Below, piece by piece: positions 38,734 to 49,471 of a stretch of 64,000 bases of DNA. Both the position numbers and the translations under genes were made by a program. The notes under the pieces are model-generated. The model did no database searches. It had not been told where the DNA came from and saw only the letters and a program-made list of their open reading frames with translations. Each line of letters starts with the position of its first letter. Position 1 is the first letter of the stretch. Source of the DNA: a virus; IMG/VR virus record IMGVR_UViG_3300022225_001767, one strand, 5' to 3'.

Positions 38734-38779
38734 TTGACTTCATACACAGACTTTGAGATACTAGCTCCGTCAACACAAC
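38734..38779 (+). promoter_or_regulatory. Repeated promoter + GTCAACACAAC leader
   Basis: TTGACT 38734, TGAGATACT, GTCAAC 38769. Confidence 0.9.
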
Positions 38780-38793
38780 TAACGGAGTCATCC

Positions 38794-39474
38794 ATGCCAT
38801 CATTAAATACCCTTTGGTCTCGCGAGAACATCAACGCACTCTCTGATATGACCAAGAAATTACACGCTGCACGCACCACCTTAGACACGTACAACTCTTT
38901 TGATCAGAGTGAAGCACCCATGCATCTGAAAAACTTCATTTCATATGTGGGCTTGAAAACCATCACCTCACTGATAAAAAAAGAAATCAAAGATGCCGCC
39001 ATTTTAGATACTGTGCTTAACACTATTTCTGAAGGCATTGCTGAGTTTGCCGATGGTAAAGACCAAGCGGTCAAACTTATCCGAAAGCGCATCGACAATG
39101 ACACCAATGGCAATAACCATTATGCCAACATCCTTCGCTTCACCAGCACCGCGTCCGGCGACACCACGGTGGAACTGTTGGGTGTTATTTTTTACGAGCG
39201 GGATGTGCACGGTTATAATCTTGAGGTATCTCAATTCAACTGTGAACACGCGGGAGTTTACCTAAACGGCGAAAAAATTACCATTGACACCGACCAATTT
39301 GGTGATTCACCACTGTTAACTAAGCTCGGTGCCTTCTCGGAACGCTGTGAAGATGATGAAGACTGCCCTTATTTCCCAGATAAACCTACGATAGAGGAAT
39401 ACAACGCCGCTCGCTTGCTGTTTTCTGATACCCAGTCGATTAGAGAGGCACTACTCTCTTTACCGCAACGCTAA
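38794..39474 (+). CDS. Hypothetical protein
   Basis: ATG after GGAG SD. Confidence 0.75.
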   Translation: MPSLNTLWSRENINALSDMTKKLHAARTTLDTYNSFDQSEAPMHLKNFISYVGLKTITSLIKKEIKDAAILDTVLNTISEGIAEFADGKDQAVKLIRKRIDNDTNGNNHYANILRFTSTASGDTTVELLGVIFYERDVHGYNLEVSQFNCEHAGVYLNGEKITIDTDQFGDSPLLTKLGAFSERCEDDEDCPYFPDKPTIEEYNAARLLFSDTQSIREALLSLPQR

Positions 39475-39541
39475 TACAGGCTCTGAGGGCAAGGCGAACG
39501 TCTTGCCTTTTCTGCTTAACTTACCCAAGGAACTACTGCTC

Positions 39542-39856
39542 ATGTCGTATTCACTACTCACTGAAATAGATGACATCGAAAACCGCGTTCGCAATATCAT
39601 CGTCGACTTAAGAGAACGTCATAACCAGGATTCGCTGCCTGACGTTGGTGGCGCACCTACAGATCAACCTCTTTTTCTATTTCCTCAGGGCGATCATCTG
39701 CCGGAGCTGCTTATTGATGGCTACCCTGTTGTGGCGGCGAGTGAAGATTATGTTTTCACCAACAGCGAGTACCCTGGACAAATGGATCTTACTTCATTTG
39801 TGGAAGACAACCTTAAGGCGCTGTGTGAGGTGTTGGATTTTTGCCGGGACGTATAA
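39542..39856 (+). CDS. Acidic hypothetical protein
   Basis: ATG after AAGGA SD. Confidence 0.7.
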   Translation: MSYSLLTEIDDIENRVRNIIVDLRERHNQDSLPDVGGAPTDQPLFLFPQGDHLPELLIDGYPVVAASEDYVFTNSEYPGQMDLTSFVEDNLKALCEVLDFCRDV

Positions 39857-39889
39857 GCTCTTGTTACGCTAAACCCTAAACAAACCATT

Positions 39890-39914
39890 AAAACCTGCCT
39901 AGCGCAGGTTTTTT
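39890..39914 (+). terminator. Intrinsic terminator
   Basis: AAAACCTGC-CTAGC-GCAGGTTTTTT. Confidence 0.75.
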
Positions 39915-39949
39915 GTTGACTTTTTACGCCTATATGTTATCCTTTTTTT

Positions 39950-40149
39950 TGTGAGATGCACTTGCTTTGCATGTGTCAGTCATCTCATGGGGCAGCTCCC
40001 CTCTACGACCCACCCGCTCGCCGGGTTACGCATAAGCGTCACTGGAAAACCGCCAGCAACACCCTTGATTGACACCGGACATTATCATGGTGGCAAGGAG
40101 GAACGGGTCGGACTCTACCATGCCACAACATTGATAGGACGGTACCCTT
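39950..40149 (+). ncRNA. Structured 5' leader D (pseudoknot-like family)
   Basis: Promoter TTGACT 39916. CGACCC 40006 pairs with GGGTCG 40105, in the loop of GTGGCA 40090 / TGCCAC 40121. Confidence 0.55.
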
Positions 40150-40821
40150 ATGCAAATTACATTTTCGCTTCGCAACAACAATCTTATTATCGACAGCTCA
40201 CAGAGCTTAGATGACTTTTCCGCCGCATTCGCTGACCTTACAAAGCTGAAAAAGACGCACGTCAAAAGTACGATAAGCAAAACCTTAGGTTTCAGCCATA
40301 TCAAGGCGCTTGAGAGCGCACTTACACCATACATTAGCGCCCCAGATGTTCGCCTTGCCGATAAAACGATAAAGGGGCTTCAAGATCTTTACTGGTGGCT
40401 TGATGATAACATCGACATGAACACTGAGATGTATTTTGATAGCAATGGTGAGGTTGACTCAAAAGCGTTGCAGGACATGTTATCGCCTTTGTTTGATATG
40501 ATGCGACAACAACAGGCATCAGGTAAACCTATCACGAACCGTGCAGAGGAAATCACCGCTAAGCGCGATGGTATACTTTCCGACATGACGAAACATGCCC
40601 TTCAGCATGCGGATGTCGACAACGAAGCGCAGCTAGAGCAAAAACATTATTACGCGGTTCAAGATGACGTTGAAGCACTCAACCGAAAATTATTTAACCA
40701 TGATGATTATGGGAAAGCCTTGGCGCTACTTGAACGTGAGGGCATGCAAGATTTTGCGAACCTTCTTGCCGAGATGACAGAAACGAAAACGGCAGAGGAT
40801 CACATCGCGCATACACTGTAG
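40150..40821 (+). CDS. Protein with Glyoxalase_8-like N-terminal helical motif
   Basis: LKKTHVKSTISKTLGFSHIKALESAL. Confidence 0.6.
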   Translation: MQITFSLRNNNLIIDSSQSLDDFSAAFADLTKLKKTHVKSTISKTLGFSHIKALESALTPYISAPDVRLADKTIKGLQDLYWWLDDNIDMNTEMYFDSNGEVDSKALQDMLSPLFDMMRQQQASGKPITNRAEEITAKRDGILSDMTKHALQHADVDNEAQLEQKHYYAVQDDVEALNRKLFNHDDYGKALALLEREGMQDFANLLAEMTETKTAEDHIAHTL

Positions 40822-40844
40822 CACCATGCTCTCGCCAATCACTT

Positions 40845-40869
40845 AAAGCCCGTACATACGGGCTTTTTT
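40845..40869 (+). terminator. Intrinsic terminator
   Basis: AAAGCCCGTA-CA-TACGGGCTTTTTT. Confidence 0.75.
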
Positions 40870-40948
40870 ATTTTTGGTTATTTTCAATAAATGTATATTT
40901 TTTCTGATGGATATTGACATCACTCACAGGCGGTGAGATAATCACCAT

Positions 40949-41174
40949 ACCTGCTCGACCCTACACTGCGGTGCGTGGTAACAGCAGAGGGAGGCTCCAG
41001 ACCTTCGTCGCATCTCAGGTGCAACAGTACACAATACCGTCGCACTCATGGCTAATACTGGCAACGTCTTCACTTAATAAAGACAACACACCCCTTTTTC
41101 GACATAACGTTACTTGACGAGTCGCAATTGGAACGAGATGCACAATGATGATTACGACTCACTTGGAGAATGAT
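40949..41174 (+). ncRNA. Structured 5' leader E (pseudoknot-like family)
   Basis: Promoter TTGACA 40914 / GATAAT 40937. GCATCTC 41010 pairs with GAGATGC 41135, in the loop of GAGTCG 41119 / CGACTC 41155. Confidence 0.6.
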
Positions 41175-41825
41175 ATGTCTACACCTGTTACTATCTTGGG
41201 CGCTGATCGCGCCACGTTAATGAACAACACCCGACGCGCACTGGAAGGATTCCAAAAAGGACGTCCTGTTACGCGTGATGCATTGGTGAGAAAAGCGCTG
41301 GCCACCATCTTAGGGCAAGATAATGAGCACCTCCCTACCGCGGACTTCTCAATTAATAATGCCTCACTGGAGACACGCTTGCGTAACGCTATGGCGCCAC
41401 TTACGTTTTTGCAAGACTGGGGCACTGGGGATGACGAGTACCTTGATTTAAACTTTGAAGCGCGCGCGTGGGATGCCAATGCAGAGAAGGACGACATTAC
41501 CGTCGACTACCGCATCAGCTTCCATATTCCGGGTAAATACGCCTATTTCATTATCGGTAAAAATTATGGCAGTGGGATGGTCGGTGCCATTGAAATCCCG
41601 CTCTCACACCTACCTTACGCGCCGATGTTATTGCTTGAAGGCAGCCGTGATGCGCAGTGGCTTGACGAGTCAGAGATTTTTGTTGGCATCGAAAAGATGT
41701 TGGATGTTTACCATGCTATTTGCGCCGATCCATTGCTAAAAGAAGTTTTTATCGATAACCGCCCTGCACTTTCTCTTAAATCCGCGAAAGATGCAGTCAC
41801 AACATCGCACAGCGAGGTGCGTTGA
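41175..41825 (+). CDS. Protein with Glyoxalase_8-like N-terminal helical motif
   Basis: RDALVRKALATILGQDNEHL; GGAG SD. Confidence 0.6.
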   Translation: MSTPVTILGADRATLMNNTRRALEGFQKGRPVTRDALVRKALATILGQDNEHLPTADFSINNASLETRLRNAMAPLTFLQDWGTGDDEYLDLNFEARAWDANAEKDDITVDYRISFHIPGKYAYFIIGKNYGSGMVGAIEIPLSHLPYAPMLLLEGSRDAQWLDESEIFVGIEKMLDVYHAICADPLLKEVFIDNRPALSLKSAKDAVTTSHSEVR

Positions 41826-41826
41826 T

Positions 41827-42417
41827 ATGAGCAGCATACTGCTTCATGAGAACAACCAAAGATTAGTGTATGACGATGCCACCTTAACGTGGGTGGCACC
41901 GCAAACCCAATACCCACTCATTAACCCTCATTCTCAGCTTCCGGCCATCCCTAGCCCCCGGCATAAGCATGAGATTGTGGGCACATTAACAATTCGGGTT
42001 TATGATACACGCTCACGTAAAGTAGAGCTTTTCCCCTTGGCATTGCGCCAGGGGGTAATACATACGCCAAAACGTTGCTATGTCGGTGCAAGCTTAACGC
42101 TTGACGCTGTCAATAAGATGGGAATGTGGCTAAAATCCTGCGGAATTAACCATGAGTGGTCGCATCGCTATGTGACAAACATCATCCAAGCACTCAATCA
42201 CGGCGATGTGCTATGTGGCGAAATTGAAGCCATCTACCGCAAAAAGAAACCCAATCCATCTGGAAAGCTTTATTTTGACCGCGCCGCCTACGAGTCTCGC
42301 CCGACCATTTTGACGTGGGGGGTTAACGTTGACCCACCACGCCAACGCGCATGCTCACCCTTGTTGACGTTGGCGGTAAACAACAGTAAAACCATTGACA
42401 ACGCTCACACCTTGTGA
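41827..42417 (+). CDS. Hypothetical protein
   Basis: ATG after GAGG SD. Confidence 0.65.
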   Translation: MSSILLHENNQRLVYDDATLTWVAPQTQYPLINPHSQLPAIPSPRHKHEIVGTLTIRVYDTRSRKVELFPLALRQGVIHTPKRCYVGASLTLDAVNKMGMWLKSCGINHEWSHRYVTNIIQALNHGDVLCGEIEAIYRKKKPNPSGKLYFDRAAYESRPTILTWGVNVDPPRQRACSPLLTLAVNNSKTIDNAHTL

Positions 42418-42440
42418 GACACTGACATTGTCAACACAAC
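42395..42440 (+). promoter_or_regulatory. Repeated promoter + GTCAACACAAC leader
   Basis: TTGACA 42395, TGAGACACT, GTCAAC 42430. Confidence 0.85.
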
Positions 42441-42456
42441 GGTTAGAGAACCCATT

Positions 42457-43092
42457 ATGAATCAACCAACATGCGCTTCCATTTTGTCATACGCACCCAC
42501 AGGCTGTCCGTCTCACTTACCATCCGCAGCAGGGGATGTTGATTTATATTTCAACACAGGCGCGCGCCATCATCGTTTTCACGCATTTGCGCTGCTAGAT
42601 GGCAATCAGCTGACAAGCGTTGAGTTTTCACGTTGTCGTACGCATTGCAAGCACAGTGAAGAAAGGCTTAACGCCGTTGTCAAAAGCTATCAGTCATATG
42701 ACAAAAAGCTGGCTCGACAGTACCCTTTTGCCTACGGATTTTTCGCTCACGCTGAGGCAGATACACCGTCACCTAAGGACGCATACCTTGACGACCACCA
42801 ATTCTCGCTTGAGCTCATTGACGCCGAAACAACCATTGATTATTACTGTTGCAGCGTCCCTGTCGCATTAGAGCATGGACGCCAAGGCTACCGCCACTAC
42901 CACAGCCTCCATCTTGTTTTTCATGAGAAGGGGAAGGAGTACGCTTACTCTCTCTTTGATGCGTCCCTGTGTCGTGACGCAATCCAACGCTACAATCAAT
43001 GCGTGGAAGGCACTCGACGCTCACCTAAGTGCGCTGACGACGGTTCACTACCACAGCACTTCTGCCCTGAAGCTTACGCGCTGCAACATTAA
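42457..43092 (+). CDS. Hypothetical protein
   Basis: 211 aa ORF. Confidence 0.7.
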   Translation: MNQPTCASILSYAPTGCPSHLPSAAGDVDLYFNTGARHHRFHAFALLDGNQLTSVEFSRCRTHCKHSEERLNAVVKSYQSYDKKLARQYPFAYGFFAHAEADTPSPKDAYLDDHQFSLELIDAETTIDYYCCSVPVALEHGRQGYRHYHSLHLVFHEKGKEYAYSLFDASLCRDAIQRYNQCVEGTRRSPKCADDGSLPQHFCPEAYALQH

Positions 43093-43111
43093 CTTTGATA
43101 AGGATTAAACC

Positions 43112-43414
43112 ATGCCTACACTAAAGGACTGCATCATTACTGCGCCCAGCACAGGCGCGTGTGAAATTGATATAGAAAAAGCTAAAAAGTACTTCGATAA
43201 ACACTGTTTCATCTCAAAGTGGCAAGGCGAGAAAGGCGATGAATATCGACTGGTGAGAACCAAAGCCAATGCGCGAAATTTCAATCACGTCAAGGTCACC
43301 ATCAGCGAAGAAGATGCATTAACCATCATCGACGCCCTTAACATGTACGAAATCACAAGCCGCATGTTTAACCGCGGCTCAACATTCCACGCGCCACAGG
43401 ACTCAGATTTTTAG
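43112..43414 (+). CDS. Hypothetical protein
   Basis: 100 aa, AAGGA SD. Confidence 0.75.
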   Translation: MPTLKDCIITAPSTGACEIDIEKAKKYFDKHCFISKWQGEKGDEYRLVRTKANARNFNHVKVTISEEDALTIIDALNMYEITSRMFNRGSTFHAPQDSDF

Positions 43415-43417
43415 ATA

Positions 43418-43461
43418 TTGACTTTGCACACAGCATGTGAGACACTAATATTGTCAACACA
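43418..43461 (+). promoter_or_regulatory. Repeated promoter + GTCAACACA leader
   Basis: TTGACT 43418, TGAGACACT, GTCAAC 43453. Confidence 0.85.
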
Positions 43462-43474
43462 TCAGGGAAAATCA

Positions 43475-43783
43475 ATGCCCAAAACAACCAAAGAACAGCT
43501 TGCTGCCATCAAAGCGGATTACGAGTACGTTAAACGTACGTATGGTGACGTCATCGACTTCACTGGCTCTGGCATGGAAGCGATTCAGCTTGAAAACCTG
43601 CTTAACGCTCCTAGCATAGAGACAGCGGTAGACTGCTTTAAAGAGCGCCTCATTTCCCTTTATGAGGATGGTTACGAAGTGTCGGACAGGGAGTCTAAGG
43701 CTTTGCCGTACTTTGATGATGAACGACTTCAAGCAATTGGAGACCGCCATTTACTGCCCATACCGGACGTCGAACTCGCATAA
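43475..43783 (+). CDS. Hypothetical protein
   Basis: ATG after AGGGA SD. Confidence 0.75.
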   Translation: MPKTTKEQLAAIKADYEYVKRTYGDVIDFTGSGMEAIQLENLLNAPSIETAVDCFKERLISLYEDGYEVSDRESKALPYFDDERLQAIGDRHLLPIPDVELA

Positions 43784-43827
43784 TGTGAGTATCGAGGCAT
43801 TGTTCACCACATAGAGAGAAAGCCAAA

Positions 43828-44526
43828 ATGAATACACTGTCTAGCATCGCGCCCATCCCAACAACGCTACCTATCCTTATCCATGAGAATGAGGATTATG
43901 GGCAAACGGGGTTTATTTTGCGTCAGTTTGCCACTATGGACAATCCACTGGTGGATTTTGGGAGCGGTGAAATGCTTGCGCACGACATCGTAGAACACAT
44001 TAACGGACTTGACGCAGTGGGGACTATTCATGATGAACTCGTGGCCTTAGGTGCGATGTTCGCCGTGCGTGTCGAAACGGGTGCGATGAGTACGCAAAAA
44101 TGGGCGGGGATGTTTTACGATCAGCTTGTGACGTACTGTGAGTCGCCTTACGCACTACCTTACACCGAGGATGCTGACAGTGCTAGTGCCAATCCAGTGA
44201 ATGCACCATTGTCAAAAGCACTGGCGGCATTACAGGATGATTACGGCATTGTGAGAACGCCAGAAGAACAAAAGGCGTTTGAGGACTTTTGCCGTGCAGC
44301 CAAGTGCCTAGTGGTGCAGGGGTATCAACGTCTCCTACGTGGGTATGCGTGGGCGGGAAACTCAGGGAAAGCCGCCTTGGCGCTTTTTAATCACATTCAA
44401 TCATCGGTGCAACAACACCAAAGCGCGGTAGATGACGAACTCATTGGTACGCCATATGTGCTTTCAATTCACAAACTGTCTGCCACAATGGAACAAGAAG
44501 TATTTGATGGAACAATACAAAATTAA
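43828..44526 (+). CDS. Hypothetical protein (possible metal-binding HDxxEH…E motif)
   Basis: LAHDIVEH…HDELVALGA. Confidence 0.7.
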   Translation: MNTLSSIAPIPTTLPILIHENEDYGQTGFILRQFATMDNPLVDFGSGEMLAHDIVEHINGLDAVGTIHDELVALGAMFAVRVETGAMSTQKWAGMFYDQLVTYCESPYALPYTEDADSASANPVNAPLSKALAALQDDYGIVRTPEEQKAFEDFCRAAKCLVVQGYQRLLRGYAWAGNSGKAALALFNHIQSSVQQHQSAVDDELIGTPYVLSIHKLSATMEQEVFDGTIQN

Positions 44527-44652
44527 TTACGATAACGCGCGTCATAATGTGCGCTTCTGTGATACCATCTTTTTTATCAGTAATGATAAGGGCTGGCAGG
44601 AAGCAACGTCCATAAAAACCTGCCGCACAGACAATAACGATGCGAGGGCATT

Positions 44653-45144
44653 ATGACGGACAAAACAGCAACACTACTTTCACTCTTTCCTGGCGACATC
44701 AGCCGCACCCATGAGCAATACCAAACGATTAAAACGGGACGCGCGCCATCACTGACACAAGATATATTCATTAGAAATATCTTGCGCGGTGTGCAGCAAC
44801 ACTCACACGCACACCTTGGCAAAGCGGCCCTTTTACTGTCGGCAGATAAGGCCATTCCTCAAAAAGAAGGCGTAACGTTTCTTGATGCAGCCATTGCAAC
44901 CTCAGCGGCCGCTATTTTTAGCTACGTCGTTGGCGTGCTCCACAGCGATGATGTGCCAGAACGTATTGACGGCATCGTTGCTACGACATGGAGATACATG
45001 GAAAAAGAAACGATGGGTGTGCAAACTCAAGAACATCCCGACACACCTAATAAAACGTCGAACGCTCGCACCTTCACAGAATCTCAAATTCGGGCAGAAC
45101 TTGATGCAATGGCGGATGGCTGCGGGGGCGCTTGCACCATATAG
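44653..45144 (+). CDS. Hypothetical protein with C-terminal CGGAC motif
   Basis: 163 aa, GAGGG SD. Confidence 0.65.
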   Translation: MTDKTATLLSLFPGDISRTHEQYQTIKTGRAPSLTQDIFIRNILRGVQQHSHAHLGKAALLLSADKAIPQKEGVTFLDAAIATSAAAIFSYVVGVLHSDDVPERIDGIVATTWRYMEKETMGVQTQEHPDTPNKTSNARTFTESQIRAELDAMADGCGGACTI

Positions 45145-45180
45145 CACGGCCAACTTTCACACTAATAAAACAAAGTTTTC

Positions 45181-45226
45181 TTGACAACATACACTGTTTT
45201 TGAGATACTAATTCTGCCAACACAAC
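45181..45226 (+). promoter_or_regulatory. Repeated promoter + variant GCCAACACAAC leader (ssb)
   Basis: TTGACA 45181, TGAGATACT, GCCAAC 45216. Confidence 0.85.
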
Positions 45227-45246
45227 AGATAACAAAGGAAACATTT

Positions 45247-45831
45247 ATGGCCACTAAGGGCGTAAACAAAGTCATCCTTGTAGGTAATCTTGGGAACGAT
45301 CCTGAGGTTCGCTACATGCCTAACGGCAATGCCGTTGCCAACTTAAGTCTAGCAACAAGCGAAAGCTGGAAAGATCAGCAGGGTCAAGTTCAGGAACGCA
45401 CTGAATGGCACCGACTTACCATGTATCGCCGACTGGCTGAGATTGCTGGTGAATACCTGAAAAAAGGTTCACAAATTTACGTTGAAGGTAAACTTCAAAC
45501 GCGCAAATGGCAAGACCAGCAGGGTCAAGACAAGTACACTACTGAAATCATTGTCGATCAGATGCAAATGCTAGGCGGTCGCAATAACAATGGTGGCGGC
45601 AACCAAGGTGGTTACAACCAAGGCAATAACCAAAATCAAGGCGGTTACAACCAAGGCAACAACCAAAACCAAGGCGGCGGTAATCAAGGTGGTTACAACC
45701 AGAACCAAGGCGGCAATAATGGCGGTGGCAACCAAGGTGGCGGTAATCAAAATCAAGGCGGTCAGAACGCTGGTAAGAACCCACCTATGGCAGAACCAGA
45801 TTTTGACTTTGATGACGATATTCCTTTTTAG
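45247..45831 (+). CDS. ssb: Single-stranded DNA-binding protein
   Basis: [23 protein letters not shown]…TEWHR…[11 protein letters not shown]; Gly/Asn/Gln linker; DDDIPF tail. Confidence 0.97.
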   Translation: MATKGVNKVILVGNLGNDPEVRYMPNGNAVANLSLATSESWKDQQGQVQERTEWHRLTMYRRLAEIAGEYLKKGSQIYVEGKLQTRKWQDQQGQDKYTTEIIVDQMQMLGGRNNNGGGNQGGYNQGNNQNQGGYNQGNNQNQGGGNQGGYNQNQGGNNGGGNQGGGNQNQGGQNAGKNPPMAEPDFDFDDDIPF

Positions 45832-45951
45832 CGAAGGTTAAGTTATTGATTTATAAGGTTTTTTTTGAGGGGTGGGTTCCCACCCACTACCTGCCCCTCA
45901 CCCTCCCCGCTACGCCAAACAATAATACCAAAAACACAAAGAGGCACCGCT

Positions 45952-47208
45952 ATGCGACGCGTATTACGTTTAATTGTTCCCACTCTCGTTTTCTCTTTTG
46001 TTACACTCACCAATATTGCACTCGCGTCACCGACTACAGAAGAAAGACTTGTCGCCAAATACAACAGCGCAATGTTCCAAATATCGACATCACTAAAAGG
46101 CGCAAGCGGCATCACCTCATACGGCACAGGCTTTCTCATAAAAAACAATCTCCTTGTTACCAATTATCACGTTATTGATGATTATTTTCTTGCGCAGGAA
46201 GACTATAAAATTATTGTTACGCGAGGCACCGACAAAACCATCTATCCGGTATCGCTTCACACCGTCGATATGCTCAACGACCTCGCCATATTTACGGTAG
46301 AGACAAATACAGACGACATTACGCCTTTTACATTAGGGGAAAGTAACGTTCAACAGGGCGCAACCGTATACAGCATGGGCAACCCAAAAAGCTCTGGTTT
46401 TATGATTGTGCCTGGCGTATACAACGGTGTACGAGAGGCTTCCAAAAAGGAACTCCTTAATTTTACTGGCTCGCTTAATAGCGGCATGAGCGGAGGACCT
46501 GTTATCGACAGTAACGAAATACTCGTAGGTGTCAATGTGTCCTCTTCTGGCAATGGCATGGGATACGCGGTCAATGCAAAACACCTTAAGGCGCTAGTGG
46601 CTCACGTCAACAGCAACCCGCCCAATACAGATAGCCTTTCTGTTGCAGAAGAACAGCTTCATGCGTGGTCATCGCTTATCACCGATATGCTGAAAGGTAA
46701 ATTCAGCGCGCCGTCAAATGCACTAGAAGTAGACTCGCCGTTCGTGAAATGCAACAGCGATAAAGTTGATGATGACGCTATCTCTGTCCATATAAAACAT
46801 TGCTATACCTTGGAGGATTTGGGACTTGGCGGTAGACACACATTAGAGGGTTTTTCAGTATTTTCTTACCACGTAGAAGACAGCGAACCAAGCTTTATAC
46901 GGCGTATAATGGGGTTAACCCCTCTGTTTCTCTTGTCTCAATTATCCCCTCTCATTCAGGACGATGACGCTTCTCTCTACAGCAGTTCATCCTGTGAGTT
47001 TATCGTTACCACATTAACAAACAATCGTCGGGCAAAGATCAGAAACTGCGCAGTACGTGGCAACACATCGCCGTCCTATTGGATACATCGCGTCACCATT
47101 TCTTACGCCATCGACAGCAACAATGCGATCGCCAATGACATTACATTTCAAGGGCTATCCCCCATGGCGAGTGCCACATTGCTTGCTGACATTATAGAGG
47201 AGCTTTAA
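45952..47208 (+). CDS. Exported trypsin-like (S1C-type) serine protease, no PDZ domain evident
   Basis: Signal peptide; TNYHV, DLA, GMSGGP catalytic triad. Confidence 0.85.
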   Translation: MRRVLRLIVPTLVFSFVTLTNIALASPTTEERLVAKYNSAMFQISTSLKGASGITSYGTGFLIKNNLLVTNYHVIDDYFLAQEDYKIIVTRGTDKTIYPVSLHTVDMLNDLAIFTVETNTDDITPFTLGESNVQQGATVYSMGNPKSSGFMIVPGVYNGVREASKKELLNFTGSLNSGMSGGPVIDSNEILVGVNVSSSGNGMGYAVNAKHLKALVAHVNSNPPNTDSLSVAEEQLHAWSSLITDMLKGKFSAPSNALEVDSPFVKCNSDKVDDDAISVHIKHCYTLEDLGLGGRHTLEGFSVFSYHVEDSEPSFIRRIMGLTPLFLLSQLSPLIQDDDASLYSSSSCEFIVTTLTNNRRAKIRNCAVRGNTSPSYWIHRVTISYAIDSNNAIANDITFQGLSPMASATLLADIIEEL

Positions 47209-48077
47209 TGATGCGCACTTATGGATTCCAATACGCGACGTCAGGCGAACCTCAAGACAACCACTTCATTTCACTTGATGAATATTATTCATCGGTAGGC
47301 TCTGACTATAGCACCACACTTAATATAAAATCATCAACGCTTCCTTATAAAGCCTTTCGCGTCAAATCACTAAAGGGCAAGCTTTGCGTGGATGCGTTGA
47401 GTCCAGGCGTAACGATAACGCTCAAGGACAGCCGTTCGGAAATGCTTCCGCAAAACAAAGTGAGTCGATATAACATTGATGATGTCGCCTCAATCTCTTA
47501 TGGCTCGCACGTTTTCAACATTGTTCCTCCTATTGAAATAACACTGCCTGACATTGTCAGCCCTGCAAAGCCAACGCAAGACAATGTACCTTTTTTAAAG
47601 AAGCTAGGCATTACGCTTATCACTGTATTGGCCATTATTTTAAACTACGGCTCCCCCTCATGGCTCTATGCCGCTTTTCCACTCTTACTAGGGGTTTCTA
47701 CGCAGGTGGTTTGGTTAGCGTCCCCACGCACAGCTACGCGCGCGCTTAACATCGCTTTCACGTTTGGCGTTGCATTTTTACTTGCCCCGTTTTTCTCCCT
47801 GCTCTCAATCATTGATGAAAACTGGGTGTCTGTCTTTATCATTATGGCGATAACATTTTTTATGCCCATGCTGCTGGCCGTTGTGTTCTATCCTAACTAC
47901 GAACGCAAAAGTAGCCTGCTCGTCACCTCGGCGCTAAAGGTGCTGCCATTGATGTTCTTTATGTCGACGTTCCTTGATGCAGGGGTGGTTCCACAAAACA
48001 CACTTTCCTCACTGCTGCTTGAGCAAAGTCGTGAGGACATCATATGGCATTCGACGTTCTCAAATATAGACAATTAA
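47208..48077 (+). CDS. Membrane protein coupled to the protease (soluble N-domain plus about 5 TM helices)
   Basis: TAATG stop/start overlap; hydrophobic C-terminal half. Confidence 0.7.
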   Translation: MMRTYGFQYATSGEPQDNHFISLDEYYSSVGSDYSTTLNIKSSTLPYKAFRVKSLKGKLCVDALSPGVTITLKDSRSEMLPQNKVSRYNIDDVASISYGSHVFNIVPPIEITLPDIVSPAKPTQDNVPFLKKLGITLITVLAIILNYGSPSWLYAAFPLLLGVSTQVVWLASPRTATRALNIAFTFGVAFLLAPFFSLLSIIDENWVSVFIIMAITFFMPMLLAVVFYPNYERKSSLLVTSALKVLPLMFFMSTFLDAGVVPQNTLSSLLLEQSREDIIWHSTFSNIDN

Positions 48078-48114
48078 ATTTTCCGCCTCGCGTCTCCATT
48101 TTTAGCGCGAGGCA

Positions 48115-48162
48115 TTGACAACCATCGCAGATTTTGAGATACTGATCCTGTCAACACAACAG
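48115..48162 (+). promoter_or_regulatory. Repeated promoter + GTCAACACAACAG leader
   Basis: TTGACA 48115, TGAGATACT, GTCAAC 48150. Confidence 0.9.
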
Positions 48163-48171
48163 GAGAATGAC

Positions 48172-48579
48172 ATGCCTAAAATCACCCGCATTGATAAGAG
48201 CAACGCACGTGATGTTGCTAATATTATTAGAGATAAACTGAGCGAACTTAAAAACGAGTACGGTCTGACGGTCACGCTAGAAGGAAGTATGACACTTCAA
48301 GCGGATGGGTCCGGCATGTCGTCAAAAATCAACATTGCGGCTGACATCAACAGAGAAGACATAGAGGCTCAGGCCAAGGCGGATTGGGCGCTTTACGCAC
48401 CACGCTTCGACCTTCCTGCCGATGGTTACGGTACGGTGCTTATTATTAACAACAAGCAGTACACTGCCGCTGGCATTAAACCCAACCGACCTAAGAACTC
48501 ATTGGTTATCAGGGATGTCAAAACAGGCGAAACCCGCATTGGTCCACCTTCGCTTTTTCATACCTGCAAAGTGGCGTAA
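48172..48579 (+). CDS. Hypothetical protein
   Basis: ATG after AGGAG SD. Confidence 0.8.
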   Translation: MPKITRIDKSNARDVANIIRDKLSELKNEYGLTVTLEGSMTLQADGSGMSSKINIAADINREDIEAQAKADWALYAPRFDLPADGYGTVLIINNKQYTAAGIKPNRPKNSLVIRDVKTGETRIGPPSLFHTCKVA

Positions 48580-48647
48580 CCACACAACAAGAGGTGCCCT
48601 ACGTGGCCCCTCGCCCTATTTTTAGAACAAAACATTAAGGCAACACC

Positions 48648-49004
48648 ATGAATATGGAAGACGTTAAAGCAATGACTGAGGGTGAATCTCTCAACACTCC
48701 TATGGCACTATCTGTGGCCGACGCGGTGTATGCAATAGGCTGGTGGATCGCTATTCCTAGCGACGGTGCTGAGGCGACGCTTGATGACGCAAAAGCGGCC
48801 ATCAACAAGGTTGACGGTGCCGCTATTGATGTGGTTGTTCCGTTTGAACCTGATTATTGCGATAGCGTTCGCGTGAGCGGTACTGACGACGGTGTGTTTT
48901 CTGTTTACGTGTTGTGTAATACGGCGACACCGAGCTACACCTGCTCACTAGAAACGCTAACGGGCACCATCTGGAAAGCTGTTACTGAGTACAACAACCG
49001 CTGA
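48648..49004 (+). CDS. Acidic hypothetical protein
   Basis: 118 aa ORF. Confidence 0.7.
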   Translation: MNMEDVKAMTEGESLNTPMALSVADAVYAIGWWIAIPSDGAEATLDDAKAAINKVDGAAIDVVVPFEPDYCDSVRVSGTDDGVFSVYVLCNTATPSYTCSLETLTGTIWKAVTEYNNR

Positions 49005-49034
49005 GTGTAATGCTCACACTATCGGAGATAAGCG

Positions 49035-49379
49035 ATGTCATCAGCTCTATTAAGACAACTACCAATGCCTGCATTGAAGCGCTTGCTTAAGCAATGTGGC
49101 ATTCCATCTGAAAAAGGTGACATCGAAAAAACGTTCAATGTTGCGATCACTTTTAGTAGCAATAATAATGGCGAGATGTTCGCCACGGTGGATACGCGAA
49201 CGGCGGATGATCTTTGGTGGATAGAAAACAAGCACAACCTTAAACATGCTGTGCGATGGCGTGAGTCATGCCACTCTAGGTACATTTTCACCAATTTTGC
49301 AGACACCTATGAGCGCGCCATGTTTATCGCCGTTATTGATGCTGTTAAGCCGGAGACATGCGCAATGCACCTTACTTAA
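49035..49379 (+). CDS. Hypothetical protein
   Basis: 114 aa, GGAG SD. Confidence 0.7.
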   Translation: MSSALLRQLPMPALKRLLKQCGIPSEKGDIEKTFNVAITFSSNNNGEMFATVDTRTADDLWWIENKHNLKHAVRWRESCHSRYIFTNFADTYERAMFIAVIDAVKPETCAMHLT

Positions 49380-49426
49380 CCGGTGGTGCATCATTCGTTC
49401 TCAACGGCAGATAGGTGTATTATCTG

Positions 49427-49471
49427 TTGACAAAAAACACAGGCTGTGCGAACCTGTTTTAGTCAACACAA
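49427..49471 (+). promoter_or_regulatory. Repeated promoter + GTCAACACAA leader
   Basis: TTGACA 49427, weak -10, GTCAAC 49462. Confidence 0.75.

Noticed and set aside
45580-45770. Short tandem repeats (AACCAAGG…)
   Set aside because: They encode the normal Gly/Asn/Gln-rich disordered linker of SSB
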